In this document: one piece after another, positions 62,352 through 64,000 of the stretch
Position numbering within the stretch: position 1 is the first letter of the stretch
Layout: the number at the start of each line of letters is the position of its first letter
Notes under the pieces: generated by a model
Told to the model about the DNA's origin: nothing
Seen by the model: the letters and a program-made list of their open reading frames with translations, nothing else
Database searches by the model: none
Position numbers and translations under genes: made by a program
NCBI GenBank assembly: GCA_040954595.2
Contig: CM082590.2
Span: forward strand, 7,068,001-7,132,000
Reading direction: 5' to 3'
From: Balanoglossus misakiensis
Lineage: Eukaryota > Animalia > Hemichordata
DNA: 64,000 nt

Positions 62352-63114
62352 CCTTGATACTTACCAAACTGACCAGGCCCACAAGCCAGCCTGTCCAGTG
62401 TATATCTCTGCAGTTTTCGTTCATAGTGCGTGCCCGTCACGTTCTTCTCCGACACCCCCATGCACACTTTGGTGATCGGTAACAAGTCTCTGTTGACAAA
62501 CTCGCCATGGTCCAATCGTAGTTCGTCGTCGTTCGCATCACAGTTGCACGCCATGTCTGTGCCGCCGGCACAAGAACCTGTTTCACCACATGAGCAGTAC
62601 GGACCATCAGCAGAACCAGCCCAGCCTGTGGATCAATAAGAAAATACCAATTGATCAGAAATGATTTCTTTCAAGTTAATATATACTGTAAAACACTTTA
62701 TTTTCACAAGTTAAAATTTTCGCGATATCGAGAGAGGCCACTGTTTCGTGAGTATTAATTTTCGCGTTCTCTTATTTCATTCACTGCATCGTTATCTTAA
62801 AATAAAATTAAACGACTTTTTATTTTCACGCTTTTTTGGCTCTCGCGTATTTCACGGAAATTTATTGCTCGCGAAAATAAAGTGTTTTACAGTATATTAC
62901 TTTTAATAGTGAAAAGATTAATGAACATAAGTACCCTCTAGTACATTACAGCAACTAACAGTAACAAACTTTAAACTAAATGATTACCTGAGCCGAGATC
63001 ACCATCCGAGTCGTACCAGTAAGCATACGATTCACCTCCACTGTTTACAAAGGGGGCATTTCGACACTCCATCTTGGCATATTGCTTACAGAACTCTGAC
63101 ACATCTGTCAGACC
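4064..63114 (-). CDS. Giant secreted multidomain ECM/mucin-like protein (tandem Caspr-type fibrinogen-like modules, VWD-C8-TIL, ~60 EGF/cbEGF, follistatin, TSP1, cystine knot); 5'-partial, ~84 exons
   Basis: A chain of GT-AG exons with consistent phases runs from 63114 down to the TAG at 4064-4066. No transmembrane segment is seen before the stop. The 5' exons and signal peptide lie outside the window. Domain blocks are listed separately below. Confidence 0.85.
4231..4455. mobile_element. MITE family A fragment (TTAA/AGGGACAAAG termini)
   Basis: Same sequence as the left arm of the full copies at 41518 and 52046. Confidence 0.75.
4890..5395. repeat. Tandem array of about three ~130-bp hairpin-containing units, possibly a non-autonomous DNA element
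   Basis: Repeated cacacac...attaagacggttctgaagcgtctcagatcagataccgtctt...gtgtggac; outer ends gtctgcacacacaca / tgtgtgtgtggacgca are roughly inverted. Confidence 0.65.
5706..5955. repeat. Direct tandem duplication (~125 bp x2) containing a small piggyBac-like (CCC...GGGTTAA) MITE
   Basis: caccacctgacaaact...taaccctttcacccc...ggaccaaaccatggtggtcaaggggttaaaat occurs twice. The core recurs at ~16590-16680, ~38420-38490 and ~58460-58550. Confidence 0.7.
5971..6198 (-). CDS. Exon: follistatin/Kazal domain 3
   Basis: [76 protein letters not shown]; canonical splice sites, phase 1-1. Confidence 0.85.
6206..6626. mobile_element. TTAA-flanked MITE (Kolobok/T2-like)
   Basis: TTAA-GGATGTACG ... CGTACATCC-TTAA terminal inverted repeats. 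Confidence 0.7.
6875..7194. mobile_element. Partial copy of the TTAA-flanked MITE found complete at 13186-13538
   Basis: Shares catctaaataagcttactgataggtatacatgaaca...gaaatttggcagct...gctttaa with 13225-13538. Confidence 0.7.
7208..7366 (-). CDS. Exon: thrombospondin type-1 repeat (spondin-type)
   Basis: [53 protein letters not shown]; WxxW, CSVTCG and RxR motifs. Confidence 0.88.
7865..8076. mobile_element. MITE family B (~210 bp, TA-CTGTAAAAC...GTTTTACAG-TA; Tc1/mariner-pogo type)
   Basis: Terminal inverted repeats and CGCGA-rich internal palindromes; about 10 copies in the window. Confidence 0.75.
8131..9740 (-). CDS. Exons: follistatin/Kazal domains 1 and 2
   Basis: Exons 9516-9740 (...[25 protein letters not shown]...YPGPCK), 9027-9137 ([30 protein letters not shown]) and 8131-8244 ([37 protein letters not shown]). 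Confidence 0.85.
10034..19833 (-). CDS. EGF/cbEGF exon array, distal block (18 single-EGF exons)
   Basis: Phase 1-1 exons, mostly D[IV][DN]EC: 10034-10153, 10512-10628, 11195-11365, 11831-11953, 12498-12635, 13584-13709, 14076-14201, 14612-14734, 15109-15234, 15537-15659, 16019-16156, 16701-16823, 17272-17394, 17784-17903, 18180-18296, 18633-18755, 19267-19383, 19702-19833. Confidence 0.88.
10872..11160. repeat. Interspersed repeat family D (tttccagatgacgggcaa internal inverted repeats)
   Basis: Near-identical to 56570-56845; its reverse complement is duplicated at 37860-38285. Confidence 0.7.
12262..12455. mobile_element. MITE family E copy (TTAA-AGGT...GGTGACCGTATA)
   Basis: Matches 42248-42440 and 61547-61720. 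Confidence 0.7.
12675..13018. mobile_element. MITE family C copy with a duplicated ~130-bp terminal unit
   Basis: Two tandem gggcatgacagcaactgaagatc...cacccacgcggcgcgacgaccccttcccttta units; matches 52717-53227 in reverse. Confidence 0.75.
13186..13538. mobile_element. TTAA-flanked MITE (Kolobok/T2-like)
   Basis: TTAA-AGCCTCTAGAGCTG ... CAGCTCTGGAGGCT-TTAA. Confidence 0.75.
13778..13929. repeat. ~150-bp imperfect palindrome (fold-back MITE-like)
   Basis: cataagtctagtgccctcatgcagccatcttgaatttgaa... mirrored by ...tttaaattcataatggcctcatgtgggtacttagacttatg. Confidence 0.55.
15735..15921. mobile_element. MITE family A, right arm
   Basis: ...aaaagggcagcgagagagagactttgtccctttaa-like terminus. 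Confidence 0.75.
19431..19600. mobile_element. Tc1/mariner-pogo-type MITE (TA-CAGTCAAACCTGT...ACAGGTTTGACT)
   Basis: Terminal inverted repeats and TA flank; termini resemble 50417-50598. Confidence 0.7.
20450..29538 (-). CDS. EGF/cbEGF exon array, middle block
   Basis: Phase 1-1 exons: 20450-20587, 20981-21118, 21542-21664, 22166-22291, 22837-22962, 23715-23837, 24414-24533, 24987-25112, 25607-25732, 26194-26316, 26755-26880, 27201-27449 (two EGF), 28133-28252, 28889-29008, 29467-29538 (half-EGF). Confidence 0.87.
20675..20907. repeat. (TATG)n microsatellite
   Basis: Direct reading. Similar TACA/TATG tracts occur at 11680-11790, 36978-37120, 44026-44115, 49101-49352, 54148-54296 and 55711-55793. 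Confidence 0.95.
21243..21387. mobile_element. Small hAT-like MITE (CAGTGTTCTCCCCAG ... CTGGGGAGAACCCTA)
   Basis: Terminal inverted repeats; flanks ccttg/tcttg form a near-perfect 5-bp duplication. Confidence 0.5.
22400..22754. mobile_element. MITE family A, near-full palindromic copy
   Basis: aaggacaaagtttctctctcgctg ... cagcaagagagagactttgtccctttaa. Confidence 0.8.
23043..23251. mobile_element. MITE family B copy
   Basis: tactgtaaaacgggtaac ... ataacccgttttacagta. Confidence 0.8.
27515..27876. mobile_element. MITE family A, full copy
   Basis: ttaagggacaaagtctctctctcgctg ... gagacttattccctttaa. Confidence 0.8.
28416..28595. mobile_element. Tc2/pogo-type MITE remnant
   Basis: taccgttaaagtcattttataagac ... 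gcgacttataaaatgacttta inverted ends with repeated cgacttata motifs. Confidence 0.55.
29205..29414. mobile_element. MITE family B copy
   Basis: tactgtaaaacactttattttcgcgag ... cgcgaaaataaagtgttttacagta. Confidence 0.82.
29938..44384 (-). CDS. EGF/cbEGF exon array, proximal block
   Basis: Phase 1-1 exons: 29938-30060, 30663-30791, 31174-31302, 31732-31854, 32403-32525, 33077-33205, 33597-33713, 34146-34268, 35349-35471, 36037-36159, 36692-36814, 37253-37375, 37711-37833, 38498-38620, 39144-39266, 39680-39808, 40236-40382, 40851-40973, 41947-42201 (two EGF), 42806-42937, 43415-43543, 44139-44384 (two EGF). Confidence 0.88.
30155..30440. mobile_element. MITE family A, truncated copy
   Basis: Palindromic core and right terminus gagactgtccctttaa. 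Confidence 0.75.
32798..33042. mobile_element. MITE family C fragment, two tandem units
   Basis: Same unit as 12760-13018. Confidence 0.75.
34515..35335. repeat. Complex A/C-rich minisatellite (~60-bp higher-order unit built from AACAC/AAC)
   Basis: Recurring ...caaactcacattcaaacacaaactaaa[c/g]ggaacacaacacaacacaataaaacacatcacaacac... Confidence 0.9.
35527..35719. mobile_element. MITE family B copy
   Basis: Same termini and body as 29205-29414, reversed. Confidence 0.78.
37860..38287. repeat. Tandem duplication (~217 bp x2) including a family D fragment
   Basis: catagttagtattcttta...gcattgcctgtta[a/t]aaagcttat occurs twice. Confidence 0.8.
38927..39115. mobile_element. EnSpm/CACTA-like non-autonomous element (CCC...GGG termini, 2-bp TSD GA)
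   Basis: GA-CCCTTACAAA ... TTTGTAAGGG-GA with many subterminal [t]ctatag[aa] repeats; a related remnant lies at ~33315-33500. Confidence 0.6.
39918..40192. mobile_element. MITE family A, truncated copy
   Basis: Core plus right terminus gagactttgtccctttaa. Confidence 0.75.
41518..41875. mobile_element. MITE family A, full ~355-bp fold-back copy (TTAA TSD, AGGG termini; Kolobok/T2-like)
   Basis: TTAA-AGGGACAAAGTCTCTCTCTCGCTGCCC ... GGGCAGCGAGAGAGAGACTTTGTCCCT-TTAA; the arms pair over almost the full length. Confidence 0.85.
42248..42440. mobile_element. MITE family E, full copy (TTAA-AGGTATACAGTCACC ... GGTGACCGTATACCT-TTAA)
   Basis: Terminal inverted repeats with TTAA on both sides. Confidence 0.8.
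42940..43190. repeat. AG-rich degenerate microsatellite
   Basis: (GA)n/(GACA)n; on the minus strand it forms a long pyrimidine tract directly upstream of exon 42806-42937. Confidence 0.9.
44823..48958 (-). CDS. VWD - C8 - TIL - TILa/EGF exons (FCGBP/zonadhesin/mucin-type D assembly)
   Basis: Exons 48747-48958 ([32 protein letters not shown]), 47927-48034, 47273-47428 (TCGLCGDYD), 46596-46746 (FGNSW), 46170-46352 ([25 protein letters not shown]8), 45339-45547 (CGSACPLMC...[10 protein letters not shown]...CV...CGC, TIL) and 44823-44997 (TILa merging into an EGF end). Confidence 0.9.
45038..45257. mobile_element. MITE family C, single-unit copy
   Basis: tagggaagcggtcatcgcgcc ... cacccacagggtgcgaagaccaattccttttaa; degenerate terminal inverted repeats. 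Confidence 0.65.
45683..46098. repeat. (TACA)n microsatellite
   Basis: Direct reading. Confidence 0.95.
46903..47201. mobile_element. MITE family A, truncated copy
   Basis: Palindromic core plus right terminus. Confidence 0.75.
47640..47800. repeat. (GAGT)n/(GAAT)n microsatellite
   Basis: Direct reading; a similar tract lies at 60613-60790. Confidence 0.9.
48085..48296. mobile_element. MITE family B copy
   Basis: tactgtaaaacactttattttcgcgag ... catgttttacagta. Confidence 0.8.
49390..51603 (-). CDS. Three cbEGF exons between the fibrinogen-like repeats and VWD
   Basis: 51481-51603 ([12 protein letters not shown]...), 50199-50324 ([11 protein letters not shown]...), 49390-49512 ([12 protein letters not shown]...). 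Confidence 0.87.
50417..50598. mobile_element. Tc1/mariner-pogo-type MITE with demonstrable TA target duplication
   Basis: TA-CAGTGAAACCTGTCTAA ... TTAGGCAGGTTTTACTG-TA. The paralogous empty site (gttgaacaTAtgtgatagcatg) is at ~50765-50785. Confidence 0.85.
50874..51480. repeat. Tandem array of four ~151-bp units derived from a family-E-like MITE end plus the adjacent splice donor
   Basis: ccaattctttgaataccgtttggtggcacac...gtgatcatacctttataaactttcaatgtctgactcac repeated; units end at 51026, 51176, 51328 and 51480. Confidence 0.85.
51678..51893. mobile_element. MITE family B copy
   Basis: tactgtaaaacaggttattttc ... aaataacccgttttacagta. Confidence 0.78.
52046..52400. mobile_element. MITE family A, full copy
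   Basis: ttaaagggacaaagtc ... gactttgtccctttaa. Confidence 0.85.
52516..63114 (-). CDS. Tandem Caspr/neurexin-IV-type fibrinogen-like modules (one partial plus three complete)
   Basis: Module A (partial): 62988-63114, 62365-62625. Module B: 61789-61934 ([18 protein letters not shown]), 61026-61257, 60345-60518. Module C: 58572-58729 ([18 protein letters not shown]), 57969-58091, 56027-56363. Module D: 55295-55423, 54478-54659, 53982-54103, 52516-52673. Recurrent motifs are S..C.Q...Y.C, W[AG]G, CNCDA...D.G....+..LP[VI] and G...C, as in the contactin-associated-protein fibrinogen-like segment. Confidence 0.82.
52717..53227. mobile_element. MITE family C, full copy with a triplicated ~134-bp terminal unit (TTAA flanks)
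   Basis: TTAA-AGGGAAGGGGTCGTCGC ... GCGACAACCCCTTCACT-TTAA; units start at 52721, 52855 and 52988. Confidence 0.8.
53509..53852. mobile_element. hAT-like MITE with a 5-bp target duplication (CATGG)
   Basis: CATGG-CAGAGGTCGCG ... CGCGACCTCTG-CATGG; subterminal TGCGTCAA/TTGACGCA repeats. Confidence 0.7.
54793..55135. mobile_element. MITE family A, near-full copy
   Basis: aaagggacaaagtctctctcttgctg ... gagacattgtccctttaa. Confidence 0.8.
55816..56018. mobile_element. MITE family B copy
   Basis: Terminal inverted repeats; ends 8 nt from the exon boundary at 56027. Confidence 0.8.
56570..56845. repeat. Repeat family D copy
   Basis: Near-identical to 10872-11160. Confidence 0.75.
56846..57850. 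mobile_element. ~1-kb non-autonomous element: 145-bp terminal hairpin plus an internal/terminal inverted-repeat pair
   Basis: Hairpin 56846-56990 centred on GAGGCGAAGCCGAG. ttatagttttgtcaatgccagtgaatttg (~56997) is inverted relative to caaaattcgctggtattgataaagctataa (~57816-57845). The interior is CpG-rich. Confidence 0.6.
58873..59822. mobile_element. MITE family A copy whose left 119 bp is tandemly amplified
   Basis: ggacaaagtctctctctcgctgcc starts at 58879, 58998, 59117, 59236, 59355 and 59474; the last unit continues into a normal element ending gtccctttaa. Confidence 0.88.
60102..60313. mobile_element. MITE family B copy
   Basis: tactgtaaaacactttattttcgcgag ... aaagtgttttacagta. Confidence 0.82.
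61547..61720. mobile_element. MITE family E copy
   Basis: ttaaaggtaaacggtcacc ... ggtgaccgtataccttta. Confidence 0.75.
62684..62894. mobile_element. MITE family B copy
   Basis: Same termini and body as the other copies. Confidence 0.82.
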
Positions 63115-63559
63115 CTGTGAAACGAAAAAGAACAATTAAAAACGTTATGCACAGGTTACCCTTTGTTTTCTACTTAACAAATTTACGAACAAAGGCTATA
63201 TTGTTTGGAAATGTGATAAAAAGTAACCATGCATTGTTTGCTATGATTTACAGTGTAATACAAAGTAAACAACCCATATTGTTTGCAATGATGTACATTG
63301 TAGCAGTTACACTACAGTGTAATACAAAGTAACAACCACATTGTTTGCAATAATGTAGATTAATTGTAGCAGTTACACTTCGCGCATACTTTGACTTGTT
63401 AGCAACTGTGTCGTATGGGACCCACATGCGCAGATGCAGATGGGACGACAGTGTGCCCTTTAAGTCCATATGACGCACCACTGACTCAACAAACTCACTG
63501 GTGACTCAAGAAAATTATCCACACTACATGCAAAGGTATAGGGCTGACCCAGAGAAATT

Positions 63560-64000
63560 TGTGGAAATCCTCAAATTGACTCAAAGCTTTCAAAAATTAT
63601 GCTTGTTAGAGGGCACACTGGACGACACCCACTCTTCATCAACTTTCTGCATTGGTTACCAGTTTGTGCCAGGATCGATTACAAGATCTTGCTTCTTACA
63701 TATAAGACCATTCATGGCCTTACCCCACAGTACATTGCTGACATGGTTAATCGATATACCCCTTCACGCAGCTTAAGGTTTTGGGAAAAAGACCTTCTGA
63801 CAATAACACAAGTCAACTATGGAGGACGTGCATTTTCTTATGCTGCTCCAAAGCTCTGGAACTCACTACCTGATGACGTCTAGACTCTTTTAAGGGGAAA
63901 CTGAAGACGTTATACTTGTTTGAAAAAGCCTACAGTGTGTGAACAACCATCGGGCGCCACTGAACAGTTCTCTGGATATTGGCGCCATATAAATGTTTTT
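63560..64000 (+). mobile_element. Degenerate L2/CR1-group LINE 3' fragment (C-terminus of ORF2)
   Basis: LHWLPVCARIDYKILLLTYKTIHGLTPQYIADMVNRYTPSRSLR...GGRAFSYAAPKLWNSLP...FKGKLKT is the typical post-RT tail of L2-clade ORF2. It has in-frame disruptions and is antisense to the host gene. Confidence 0.85.

Noticed and set aside
63599-63883. 94-aa ORF as a host gene
   Set aside because: It is a disrupted L2-type LINE ORF2 tail.

Overview
AT-rich, intron- and repeat-rich animal genomic DNA. It looks like a marine invertebrate, but the species cannot be fixed from the sequence alone. There are two convergent genes. (1) On the + strand, an uninterrupted reading frame open from base 1 to 2385 encodes a DZIP3-like HEPN domain with an intact RxxxxH motif (RNELSH), then coiled coil, a filamin-type Ig repeat and NHL repeats. 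This resembles a TRIM-NHL scaffold headed by a putative RNase. (2) On the - strand, a very large gene enters from beyond the right edge and ends at a TAG at 4064. I traced about 84 GT-AG exons with continuous phase, roughly 4,000 aa inside the window. The domain order is: at least 4 tandem Caspr/neurexin-IV-type fibrinogen-like modules, 3 cbEGF, VWD(GDPH)-C8-TIL-TILa, about 57 more EGF domains, follistatin/Kazal x2, TSP1, follistatin/Kazal, a cystine knot, then RKKR and a short tail. The introns hold many MITE families (TTAA-, TA-, 5-bp- and 2-bp-TSD types), MITE-derived tandem arrays, microsatellites and an L2-type LINE 3' fragment. Exon coordinates were read by eye and may be off by a base or two.
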